Below are positions 29,641 through 39,887 of a DNA stretch of 64,000 nt, piece after piece; within the stretch, counting starts at the first letter, position 1, and each line of letters begins with the position of its first letter. Where the stretch lies: contig CAWDYC010000004.1 in assembly GCA_963806535.1 (NCBI GenBank), forward strand, positions 352,001-416,000, read 5' to 3'. Below the pieces are notes generated by a model. That model saw only the letters and a list, made by a program, of their open reading frames with translations. It did no database searches and had not been told where the DNA came from. A program made the translations under genes and the position numbers. Origin of the DNA: Candidatus Bathyarchaeota archaeon (lineage in GTDB: Archaea; Thermoproteota; Bathyarchaeia; Bathyarchaeales; Bathycorpusculaceae).

Positions 29641-30567
29641 ATGGTTAGCAAGGTTAACAACGCTGAGTTTGAGCACCTATCAGACCAGCCAGCATTAAAA
29701 TCAAAAAAATCTAAAAGAATCGGAAAAAAATTCTACGCGTCAATAACCGCCGTAATTGCAGTTGCAGTTATTGTCGGCGCTCTTATTATTCCTCAAGGCG
29801 CCGCCTCAATATCCTTAAACGTTAATTACAATGTCGGCGAAAAGATGGTTTATACTACTTCAACATCATTGGCGTTAGCTGTCAACAATTCAACATTTCC
29901 TACCAACGGAGCCTCAGCATCTAACAACGTGACCTTCTCTGGAAGGGAAACCTTGGAAGTGCTAAGCTTCGATGGCCAATTCTACACGTTGAATAACACC
30001 GTAACTATGACAGAAGGAAATATACCCTTTACTTATTCAAGCACTGAAAAAATGAACAAAACAGGCTACTCAACGATTCTTCTCAACTTGGGGAATACCT
30101 CAGAAGAGATTCCGGATAATAGCTTCACAAGCAATCAATACCTTGCTCAACTGCTAAGCAAACCTGAAGTGAAAGTTGGTGACACAGTTACCATTCCATA
30201 CGCCTCAATAGCAGCAAACCTAACGTCAAACATCCAAGTAAGCGGAGATGTAACATTGACCTTCAAGGGATTCCAAGACCTCACTGTTCCAGCAGGCACC
30301 TACAAGGTGTTCGAAGTGGATTTAACCAGTAACAATCTAATGATGACCATGCAAACATCATTGCCCTCTTCTGAAAACTCGAACGTCTTAACACCAACCA
30401 CCGTGGCCATAAACATGGGCATGAACTATCAAACGTACATAGAATACAATACGATGCGTCAAATCCAATCTGCAATGCAAGAAACCTCTACTCTTCAGTC
30501 AACGGTATTGAACTATACAATGAGCACAACAACAAATATGACACTCAACCAAGACATCACACCATAA
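29641..30567 (+). CDS. Membrane-anchored extracellular beta-rich protein (paralog of 27733-28599)
   Basis: KKFYASI-TM-IPQGA, YNVGEKMVY, VKVGD, QDLTVPAGTY. Confidence 0.8.
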   Translation: MVSKVNNAEFEHLSDQPALKSKKSKRIGKKFYASITAVIAVAVIVGALIIPQGAASISLNVNYNVGEKMVYTTSTSLALAVNNSTFPTNGASASNNVTFSGRETLEVLSFDGQFYTLNNTVTMTEGNIPFTYSSTEKMNKTGYSTILLNLGNTSEEIPDNSFTSNQYLAQLLSKPEVKVGDTVTIPYASIAANLTSNIQVSGDVTLTFKGFQDLTVPAGTYKVFEVDLTSNNLMMTMQTSLPSSENSNVLTPTTVAINMGMNYQTYIEYNTMRQIQSAMQETSTLQSTVLNYTMSTTTNMTLNQDITP

Positions 30568-30790
30568 AAAGCCCCTTGCTTTTTTATTTTTTTTTATTCT
30601 CTATCTGCCTAAATGTGATGGCCGATGCTAACCTCCGTTAAGGCAAGTTTCCTTTCGCCTATTCCAATGGCGACATATATAGTCAATCATCGCAGCGCCA
30701 ACCAAAGGTCATGTTCAATTTGGTTTGAACAGTGTTCAAAAGTGTAGGCTTATACATCGCATCGCTGATTAAAATTGCAGGTGCCCAATC

Positions 30791-31612
30791 TTGAGTTTAC
30801 CTAAGAGAAGTTTGATTAAGCCAATTGTTGCAGCGGTAATACTTGTGCTTCTAATAAGTGGAATAGCCATCTTTGTTCTTCCAAAGTACATTTACATTAG
30901 CCCTTTTTCCTCGTTCTACGGTTCAGGCGTTGTTTACTACAAGACTGTAGAATATAGCACTGAAATTAATGGCAGTCAATTATCAACATACTTGGTTTCA
31001 GTTACATTGTTAAACGATGACCCAGTGAATCATTTCTCGGGTGGAAATACTAACGCTTACAGTGTTTCCAAGGCTGATTGGGATGTGATTGCCCCAGGAG
31101 ATGGTGTGAATATTAAGTTTTTACCTAACGCACACGCACAGTTGGTTAGCCAATTTCCAAACCCAGGCGGTACTCCTGCATGGCAATCGGTACCTGCAGA
31201 CTTGCCGCTTACTCTTAATGTAACTTCCAACAAACCTCAGTATACAATTGGAGAAATCGCCAACTTTACTGTTCGCTTAACAAACGACCCCGCTTTATCA
31301 AGCGGCATACCTTCCAATGTTTCACTTTCACTTTTCAAAGATTGCATATTTTATACCTTCTTAAACGGAAAAATAATTACTTCAAATGACAATCTGCTCC
31401 AATATGACAATCCTCTTGAAATCAAAACTGTAAGTCTTCAGCCAAACCAAGAGATTGACTATTCATTCAATTGGGACCTCACAAATATTCAACCAAGCAC
31501 TTGTTTTGTGCGAGCATATATCGGATACTATCCTCCATTACAGGGTCAGTCGATAACGCTGTTTAGGTCGATAACACTTACGGCAACAACGACGATTGAT
31601 GTGACTAAATAA
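30791..31612 (+). CDS. Membrane-anchored secreted protein with a C-terminal Ig-like domain
   Basis: N-terminal TM; TSNKPQYTIGE..VRLTN, LQPNQ..YSFNWD. Confidence 0.7.
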   Translation: MSLPKRSLIKPIVAAVILVLLISGIAIFVLPKYIYISPFSSFYGSGVVYYKTVEYSTEINGSQLSTYLVSVTLLNDDPVNHFSGGNTNAYSVSKADWDVIAPGDGVNIKFLPNAHAQLVSQFPNPGGTPAWQSVPADLPLTLNVTSNKPQYTIGEIANFTVRLTNDPALSSGIPSNVSLSLFKDCIFYTFLNGKIITSNDNLLQYDNPLEIKTVSLQPNQEIDYSFNWDLTNIQPSTCFVRAYIGYYPPLQGQSITLFRSITLTATTTIDVTK

Positions 31613-32041
31613 ATGACAGATTCAAGCACTGCGAAGAAGAGTGAGGAGGTTTTGCATGGTAAAACTCTTCTTGTCTACCGATTCATCATAGCCCAAAACG
31701 AATCTGTCGGCGTAAGAGAAATCCAGCGGAAGCTAAAGTTTAGCAGTCCCTCTCTTGCTCAGTACCACATAGACAAACTGAAGAATGAAGGTTTAATAAA
31801 AGAGGAAACAGGCGGATACATAGCGGATAAAGTCATTTTAAAGAATCTTGTACGATTTAGAAGTATGCTGATTCCCCGTTTTTTCTTCTATTTCTTGATA
31901 TTCACTTTTGGTTCCATTGTGGAGTTGACTGTACTGCTTCCACCCATCATTACGAGGGAGTATTTAGTTGCTGTTATGTTCACGTTAGCTGCTTCTGTTG
32001 CCTTTGGCATCGAGACGTATAAAAATTGGCACGGACTTTAA
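31613..32041 (+). CDS. Membrane-tethered winged-helix regulator (family II)
   Basis: LHGKTLLVYRF..VGVREIQRKLKFSSPSLAQYHIDKL, IPRFFFY, 2 TM; paralog of 26342; abuts the previous stop. Confidence 0.85.
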   Translation: MTDSSTAKKSEEVLHGKTLLVYRFIIAQNESVGVREIQRKLKFSSPSLAQYHIDKLKNEGLIKEETGGYIADKVILKNLVRFRSMLIPRFFFYFLIFTFGSIVELTVLLPPIITREYLVAVMFTLAASVAFGIETYKNWHGL

Positions 32042-32548
32042 CCACTTTGGTCATCTGCTTGAATTTCAAAATTTTGATTTTCAAACAAATTTTTGGGAAA
32101 AGGGCTAACTAAGAGCTAAAATCTGTTTTGGCTATTGTGTCGGTTGCTGTTTTACCCCAGTTTTCTATTGCAAAGCTGGTTAGTGCCCAATGCCAGCCTC
32201 TTTTCTCTGCAATATGTTCTCCAAACTCTTTTTCAAAACGCGATTCATTCTCGGTATTCTTCAACACAATCTGAAAACGACTATCTTTAGAGTGTTTTAT
32301 TTTGACAGTATTCAAACCCGAAGCAAGTCAGGCCTCTATGAACCCATACTATTTCTGGAGCGAAACCAATTCGTTTCGGCGAGGTCTCTACTGCTTGTCT
32401 TTATTTGTACTTGAGGTCTTGAAAAAATGGCAACAAGAAAAGATTCGAACAGTAACTCCTTGGTGTAAATAATATAGTAGTATAACTTTCATTAATTGAA
32501 TCCCAATAGATGTAATTCTAAACAATTCTTGGGCATTTCCCTGACCAA

Positions 32549-33076
32549 TCACTTATTCATTTGAAGCGATTCCGTCGCTAACACGCTGTATTTAGCTTCC
32601 CGTTCAACAAGCATGCTTTTTGTTTTCTTTCGTTCAACGATTTTCCGTATTGCATTTGCCAATTCAGGGTAAACAGTTTCGGGGGAACCGCCCTTGTTTA
32701 TGGAGTGGTCGGCACCCATTTTCATCGCTTTAAACGCAACTTCTTCTCTGTCTGTGAAGCTGAAAAAGATAAACGCGATATTATTTTTTTCTTCTCTAAG
32801 TTCTTTCAGAAAATTCAGGCCGTCTTTTAGGGGCATTTCATAGTCGGAAATAATCGCATCGTATTTTTTTGCGCGCATTTTATTAAAGGCTTCATAAACT
32901 GAGGTTGCTGTATCAATCTCAAAATTATTTTCTATTTCCAGAATCTTTTTAGAGACGTTTAGGAACAAGGCATTGTCGTCAACGTGTAGTATTCTTAAAG
33001 CATGTTTTTGAACAGTGGCATCTAGTAAGATTCGGTCAAGATTGCGTTTCTTTTTGTGTTTTAGGTGATTAAGCAT
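32549..33076 (-). CDS. Response regulator receiver protein
   Basis: ILHVDD, YDAIISDYEMP..DGLNFLKELR; start uncertain (33076-33160). Confidence 0.8.
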   Translation of the reverse strand: MLNHLKHKKKRNLDRILLDATVQKHALRILHVDDNALFLNVSKKILEIENNFEIDTATSVYEAFNKMRAKKYDAIISDYEMPLKDGLNFLKELREEKNNIAFIFFSFTDREEVAFKAMKMGADHSINKGGSPETVYPELANAIRKIVERKKTKSMLVEREAKYSVLATESLQMNK

Positions 33077-33581
33077 TAAGGCACCAACATTTTTGTGTAT
33101 TGAATCGTAATAAACAATAAAAATATTTGTGGTTGTATAACTACAGTCACAAAAAGACAAAACCTGTTCAAAACAAACATTTTAGCAAATCCAGCCTCAC
33201 ATCCAGCGCAGAATTGTTTCTGCTTTGTGCTGCAGCGCTTCACGGACTTTTTTCAGTTTTTCTTAATTTCTACGATTCCAAGGGTGATGTTTCCGCCCCC
33301 TTTTGGGGTCTAATCCCACCGTCTCCAAACTATTGTGTATACTTAGGAAATGACTAACTCTTCAAATTTGAATAAAGGACTCGGAGTAGGGTAAGAACTG
33401 TTATTTCTTTTTCATTTGGTTAGAACTTTTAATACTAAATGGTTTGATGCAAGGCTTAAATTTGGGCTAATATTTTCAAGTATTCTTGCTTTGTGACAAT
33501 TTTTTGTTTTGAATATCTATTTTCGATACGAAATCGGTGTCTTAAACTTGAATAGTTCTTTAATAATCATGTCTCATACTT

Positions 33582-34868
33582 TTGAGTATCAAAGAAGACC
33601 CTTTAGTTGATAATATGAACGTCAAACAGGAAACAAGATCTCAGATGGTTTTGGAGGATTCTCGCCCCCTGATTGACTTGAAGTTAACTGCTGATAAGGA
33701 TTTATTGCATGTTTTGCACGTTGATGATGACGATTGTTTCTTGGAGGTCTCAAAGCGGATTTTGGAGATGGCGGGCAAATTCGAAGTTGACAATGTTACA
33801 TCGGTGGAGGCAGCTTTCCAAAAGTTAGGGAAGCAACATTATGACGCTGTTGTTTCTGATTATGAGATGCCTTTGAAAGATGGTCTACAATTTCTTAAAG
33901 AACTACGAGAACGAGACGGTACGATTCCGTTTTTCATTTTCACTGGAAAAGGAAGAGAAGAAGTAGCCATCAAAGCCATAAATCTCGGAGCAGACGGATA
34001 TTTTAACAAAAATGGCGATACCGAAACAGTTTATTGCGAACTTTCGCATGGCATAAGCAAATCTGTAGAAGCGAAAAAAGTCAAAGCTAAGGCTTGCCTA
34101 GAAGAGGCAAGGTTGAAAGCTATATTGACTTCTTCTCCTGATGCTATTGTAATTACTGATTTGAATGCAATAGTTGTTAATTGCAACGATGCAGCTTTGA
34201 ATTTGGCGGGGTATTCTTCCAGGGAAGAGTTCGTCGGCAAGAGCTGCCGTGAGATTATTCAAAAAAGAGGCTACCGAGAAGCCATAGAAATATCAAACAG
34301 ATCAAGGGAAAACCCATTTCCAACCGACCGCCCAGCGATTAAGGATGAGGAGTTTTCTATCGTGAAGAGCAGTGGGGAGGTATGTTTTGTGGAACTTTCG
34401 GTGGGTACGCTCAAGGATGTTGCCGGCGAGCCGTTGGGGTATGTGAGCCTTTTGCGGGATGTCTCTGAACGCAAAAGAGCCGAGGAACAAAACAATAAGC
34501 TGGCTGATGAACTGAGCAGGATTTTTGACGCCATTACGGATCTGATGCTAGTTATTGATATGGACAACAGAATTGTGATGGTAAACAAGAAGACTTGCGA
34601 GCTTTTGAAAAAGAAACCAGAGGAATTGTGGGGTAAGTATTGCTTTGAGGTCATGCATGGTACTGATAAGCCTTTGCCAGGTTGCCCTCACTTGAAAGTA
34701 TTGGAAACGAAACATGCCGCGTCTGCAATAGTTTATTGTTCGAGTGTTGAAAAGCAACTGTTAGTTACGGTTTCTCCGGTTTTTAATGAACAAGGCCAAT
34801 TTGTTCACTGTGTCCACAGTGCAAAAGACATTGCTGACCTCAAGATAACAAATGAAATAAGTTCGTAA
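33582..34868 (+). CDS. REC-PAS-PAS signalling protein without a kinase domain
   Basis: VLHVDDD, SDYEMP, FTGKGREE; PAS motifs SSPDAIV..RDVSERK and DAITD..GKYCFEVMHG..CP..KDI. Confidence 0.85.
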   Translation: MSIKEDPLVDNMNVKQETRSQMVLEDSRPLIDLKLTADKDLLHVLHVDDDDCFLEVSKRILEMAGKFEVDNVTSVEAAFQKLGKQHYDAVVSDYEMPLKDGLQFLKELRERDGTIPFFIFTGKGREEVAIKAINLGADGYFNKNGDTETVYCELSHGISKSVEAKKVKAKACLEEARLKAILTSSPDAIVITDLNAIVVNCNDAALNLAGYSSREEFVGKSCREIIQKRGYREAIEISNRSRENPFPTDRPAIKDEEFSIVKSSGEVCFVELSVGTLKDVAGEPLGYVSLLRDVSERKRAEEQNNKLADELSRIFDAITDLMLVIDMDNRIVMVNKKTCELLKKKPEELWGKYCFEVMHGTDKPLPGCPHLKVLETKHAASAIVYCSSVEKQLLVTVSPVFNEQGQFVHCVHSAKDIADLKITNEISS

Positions 34869-35356
34869 TATGGCTTGTAACGTTCCTTAGTGTTTATATG
34901 CTGAAAGTGAACTGAAATTCTTTAAGGAAAAACTGACCGAAATAATAAAATTTGTAGAAAATGGAATACCTCTAAAGGGGAAATGTGGAATCTGCGAAGA
35001 ATCTTCTAAAGAGACTTCTTTACAAGTTGCATGGACACGCCCCAGACAAAGGTGATTTAGGCACCGTTAATTCTCCGTTGGATTTTTCTTCTGTATTTTT
35101 TAGACACCCAAAACATTCCCGCATAGTTTCAGCAACCGAATTTTTACAGAAGAAAAACCCTAACAACTTTACAGGACCTTAAAAAGGACTCACCCCAAAC
35201 GGTCTGATACCCAATCAACTAATAGGTATTTTTTGTTTCCAATTTGACTCAAACTATCCGCCCAGGCTGCCCATCTCCTTGCTCCTGAAGGGTTCAGATC
35301 GCTAAACTCTAGATTGGACAGATTTGCTTTTCTCTCAGGCTTTTATTTGTGGGCGA

Positions 35357-37690
35357 TTAGGTGTGAGGCGGATCGAACTTATGAATCTGGAATATAGCCA
35401 CTTCTTTGTTAACAAATAGTAGAGTGAACATCGGGTCTTTCGCGAACCTTGAAATCTGAGAAAAATCGCGTGTGGCAATGTAGGAATCGTTTAGGTTTGC
35501 TATTGCTTGGCGATAATCAAAAACATCTAAAGGAAATTCTGCAACTTTGTCTGCATAACTCTTTGTGTTATTCATAAAGAGCTCTTGAAGACTTGTTTTG
35601 GTTGCCGAGTTTTCGCTAGGGGTTGGATATTCAAAAACGGTGACATAAAAGTTAATTTCAGTTTCAGATTGAGTGCTTAGGTTGTAGAGTATTTTAGGAC
35701 CTTCAGAATCTTGTGTGACCGTAGGCGGGGCTCCGTTGAAAATCAGTTGACCAGCCATATCCACGTAAGGGTCAACCAACCCGATGGATGCGCCATTTTC
35801 AGCAACAACATTGCCTCTTGTTTGCACAATAAAGCTAATGTTAACAAGGCTGACTGTTGGGTTGTTGCTCGATATGTTTTCAGTCATGTTGACAAATCGT
35901 ACTCCTTGGTAAACTGTAGCTTTTTGAGTGAAATTGAGAAATTCGTTTCCCCATGTAACGGATATAGTTGCAAAGGTTGAGGAGTTTTCAAGATGCATTT
36001 CCTTGACCGGAAGCTCTGAAAGCTCAACCAGAATTTGCAATCTCCGCTTTTCCTAAATGTAATTGTTGTTTGGCTGTTGTTGAAGTTAAGAAATGGAAAC
36101 GGATAATATGAGTTGCTCAACTTGGCTAAAAACTCTGGATTATGGTTCGCCGTGTAGCCTCCATCTTCTCTAATCTGAACCAAGCCATTGTCAACCAAGT
36201 AATCGGTGTCAAGAAGTCGGGTTGCTAGCAATGCTGGTTCAAACTCTCGAGAGTTAGTTATAAAGATCGGGTCAACAGCGCTTATGGTTGGTCTTTGGGC
36301 GAAGCCTCCTAGCCACCAGCCATACAATGCGTCAGCAACGAAAACGGAATTTGGGGGTGTGTTCTGTTTAATCCACTGTATTGCGTCATAACCCGGTTGG
36401 TTCATGACCTGTTGTTGACCTTGAATGCTAAAGCCATTAGACGGAGTCATAAAAAAATTTGGTAACTCAAAAAAGGCAATCAGAATCAGGATGATCGCAA
36501 ACAGGGCCAACATTGTTTGATTGGATGGATGAGAATTAATCCGTTTTAAGATCTTGTTTTCGCCAAATCTTTTTTGGATAAAGCTTCTTCTAGCTGATAA
36601 AAGCCAATTTGTGCTTTTTGCTAGCAAGCGGGCGCCAAGAAAGATACCTATCCCAATCGAAATGATAAATGGCAGGTTTGCAAAATAGAGAAAGCGCTCA
36701 TAATCTGTGTATAACCCAACAACATAAGATTGCGTCAGAACTGTTGGGATAATCAACCACGTAAGAAAAAGAACATTTGAAAACTGAATTAACTTTCTCT
36801 GCATATACTTGGAAAACACAATGTATAAGAAAAAACAAGCAAAAAATGGTATGACAATTTCAAGTGGAAGGAGCCTCATGGGAAGTAGCAGTTTTTGAAT
36901 ATCTGGTAAGCCACCCGTATACACTGCTGAGTTCAAGTTGAGGTAGATAGGAGCAGCTTGAATCAGGAAGGGAGACACTATCAATCCACCTATAAAAAGG
37001 GGAACAAGCCATTCCAAAACGTCTTTTCTGTCAACACCCAATCTAGCGTGGAAAACAGAAAGCAATCAAAACTGAGGCGAAAATTATGGCTATGAACAGG
37101 AAGGTGCTGAGTGAATGAGTGAGAAATATTGTGGCCGAAAGCAATGAAGTCACAGTTAGAAGTGGTAACCTTGAAAATCTGGATTTTTCCAATAGTAAAT
37201 AGAAAGTCAAAGGAATAAGCATCAAAGTTACGATGTTGGGGTAACCTGACCATAAAAGAATATAGATGTCATAATATGAAAACCCAACTAGGAAAGCAAC
37301 TATCAAAGCTATAGATTCATTCAAAACTTTTCGAGTTATAAGGAAAGCCACCAACACTAGCAAGGAAGAAAAAAGAATAGCCACAATTGCCTGAGCCAAG
37401 TAATCAGGCAAGCCTGTAAAAAGGATAACGTAAGAAACAAATATGTGGTAACCTGGGAACGTGTTGGAGTTGCCACCACCCATATGATAGTAATTCCATA
37501 GAAAGTTCGTATTACCTCCCTGAGTTATTGAATGAATGAGGCTATTATGGAGTCCAATGTCAGCTCCAGGAGGAAAGCCCTGATGCATAACCAAGACGGC
37601 TCGGTAGATAGCTGAAAAGAAAGCTATGACGAACAGCAAAAGAAAGCTTCTTTTTGCTTTTAGCATCTTGCTTTTTTTCCTCGTTTGCAT
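35357..37690 (-). CDS. Large GT-C-like multi-pass membrane protein, split in three by frameshifts (near 37050 and 36040); paralog of 39888-42209
   Basis: PPGADIGLH, YYHMGGG..FPGYH, GYPN, GYDAIQWIKQNTP, YGWWLGGFAQRPT, LLDTDYLVDNG..REDGG all colinear with the intact paralog. Confidence 0.8.
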
Positions 37691-37924
37691 CTTATCCAGC
37701 TTGCTTGTTAAATATCCTTCCCATTTAGCGCAATCCAGAGCCGAATGGATTCAGAAACAGGTTCTGCGACTGGAATGCTATGGATATTTGAACCTTGTTT
37801 AATCTCTGGGTTCGCAAAAAGATACTTTTATTTCCTCCTTTTGGAGCCGAGTTTGACTGCAGCCATTGCTACGCGATATTCTTAAATATGGTTTGCAAGC
37901 ACACCAGCTTAACGGCGAAGCTGC

Positions 37925-38671
37925 TTGTGTCCCATGCCTGAGCTAATTTCAAATGTTCACTGGTTACTTTCAAATCCGATAGACTTGAAAGGTTTGCGGG
38001 GGGATATTTGGGCTTGGGGCTCTGTTCCCCGTATAAAGGGCGTCTTACGTGAACTTTTGGCTCTTCTTAAAAGGCACAACGTTGCCGCGACATTCTTTGT
38101 ATCCGGGGTTTGTGCAGAGCAAAATAAAGATGAAATTCTGAGGATAAAAAATGCTGGCCATGAGATAGGGTTACATGGCTACAGACATGTGCCCTATGAT
38201 ATGCCAAGCGCCGATATGATAAGAGATATGTATCAAGCTATTTCTGTATTCAGAGAAATGGGCGTCGTCGTTAAAGGTTTCAGAGCACCATGGCTAATTT
38301 CAAATGAAGATACGTATCGGGCAGCTCAGATGTTTGGATTGACATATGTGTCTAATATTAGTGCCAAAAAGGCTTTGCAACGGGTTGATAAATACGATTT
38401 GGCGGAGTTACCGATATACCTAGACGATCAGTCACTTTTACAAGAAAATGCGGTTGAGAACTTGCTGAAATCATCCGAAACTGGAAGGGTTTTTGAATTT
38501 CATTTGTTGTATGTAAGGCAAAGGATGCGGGTTCTAGATGATTTCCTAAGCAAATTAAGAATTGGCACTGCAACTTTTTCCCAAATTGCTGAAGGAAGCA
38601 ACGGAATAGGGTTGTCATTTGATATTGCTTATTTGAATAGGTTAGAATTAGTGAAAAAATTGTTTTCCTGA
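37925..38671 (+). CDS. Polysaccharide deacetylase (CE4/NodB-like)
   Basis: ATFFVSG, GHEIGLHGYRH, GFRAPW; an LSFD strand at the C-terminus suggests circular permutation. Confidence 0.85.
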   Translation: MCPMPELISNVHWLLSNPIDLKGLRGDIWAWGSVPRIKGVLRELLALLKRHNVAATFFVSGVCAEQNKDEILRIKNAGHEIGLHGYRHVPYDMPSADMIRDMYQAISVFREMGVVVKGFRAPWLISNEDTYRAAQMFGLTYVSNISAKKALQRVDKYDLAELPIYLDDQSLLQENAVENLLKSSETGRVFEFHLLYVRQRMRVLDDFLSKLRIGTATFSQIAEGSNGIGLSFDIAYLNRLELVKKLFS

Positions 38672-38674
38672 GCG

Positions 38675-39826
38675 TTGAAATGCTTGAGTGATCCTTTTTT
38701 AAATGTAAAAGACACAGGTTTCTTGTACAAATCAAAGGTTTTTTCAGGAATACTGTCAAAAAGAGCATTTGTAGGCCCATATTTCGCTGTTATAGCTGGC
38801 AAACACAGCTGCAATTATAAGTGTATTTTTTGTGAATGGTTTACTCCTATAGCAAAGGAGTTGAAGAATGAGAAACTCAGTTCTCACTCTTATATGAACA
38901 TGGATGTTTACAACGGATTGGTAAGAGAGCTAAGCGAACTAGGGACCAAAATCATTCTATTTGGCGACACTGAGGAGCCCTTTATGGATCCAAACCTGAT
39001 TGAGAAGATCGAGTGCGCCAAGCAGCACAATTTAGGATGTTTCATAATAACTAATGGTTCTTTGATAAATGAAGAAAACGCGGAAAAGATCGTAGATCTG
39101 AAGCTTGATTACTTAAATGTGAGTTTAAACGCGGGGAGCCCTGAAACATATCCGCGAATACACACAACTGAAACTCAAAAAACATTTGAAAGAATAGTTT
39201 CGATGGTAGAACTTATCGAAAAATTAAAAGAAAAGAAACAAACAGATTTTCCCCGCACTAGATTATCAATGGTAGTTTGTAATAGAAACTATCACGACGT
39301 AGTCAAATTTGTAGAATTGTGTCAAGGTATTGGTGTGAAGAATGCCCATATAAAAAGGCTGATTTCCACCTCAAGAGAAATGGCTGAGGAACTAGAATTA
39401 ACACTTAATCAAGAAGAGCAAACGAAAAAATACCTTGTTGAAGCCTTGAACTCTTCAAAAAAATACGGTATCAATTTGGACATGGAATGGACGGAATGGA
39501 CAGGTTCACAAAGAACTCTGATTAAAAATGATGTGCCTTGCTATTTTGGATGGCTTTTTACTGTGATAGATGCAGATGGTAGTGTACGTCCCTGCTGTTT
39601 CCAAAATCGTAGTCCAACTTGTACTATCGGAAACATCAAAGAAAATGAATTCACCATATTATGGCGTTCCAAAAAATATCAAGACTTTAGACGAAAGTCC
39701 AAAAACATTGAGGAGAGAAGAAAAATGGGGTATCTGTGCAATCAACCCTCCTGCTATTTTAATAACAGACAGGTTTACGAGATTCTACATAAGCCCTATC
39801 TTTTGCCTATCACACATGGAACATAA
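38675..39826 (+). CDS. Radical SAM protein with SPASM/twitch domain
   Basis: CNYKCIFC, EEP, ITNGSL, VSLN; PCYFGW..IDADGSVRPCC..IGNI..W. Confidence 0.9.
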   Translation: MKCLSDPFLNVKDTGFLYKSKVFSGILSKRAFVGPYFAVIAGKHSCNYKCIFCEWFTPIAKELKNEKLSSHSYMNMDVYNGLVRELSELGTKIILFGDTEEPFMDPNLIEKIECAKQHNLGCFIITNGSLINEENAEKIVDLKLDYLNVSLNAGSPETYPRIHTTETQKTFERIVSMVELIEKLKEKKQTDFPRTRLSMVVCNRNYHDVVKFVELCQGIGVKNAHIKRLISTSREMAEELELTLNQEEQTKKYLVEALNSSKKYGINLDMEWTEWTGSQRTLIKNDVPCYFGWLFTVIDADGSVRPCCFQNRSPTCTIGNIKENEFTILWRSKKYQDFRRKSKNIEERRKMGYLCNQPSCYFNNRQVYEILHKPYLLPITHGT

Positions 39827-39887
39827 ACGAATTCAATAATTTTGTTCAAATTGCTCAAGCTCGCGAACTATCAGAAATAGTTTTTAC

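Noticed and set aside
32109-32414. Overlapping short ORFs on both strands
   Set aside because: No recognisable motif or ribosome site; cannot tell which, if any, is real
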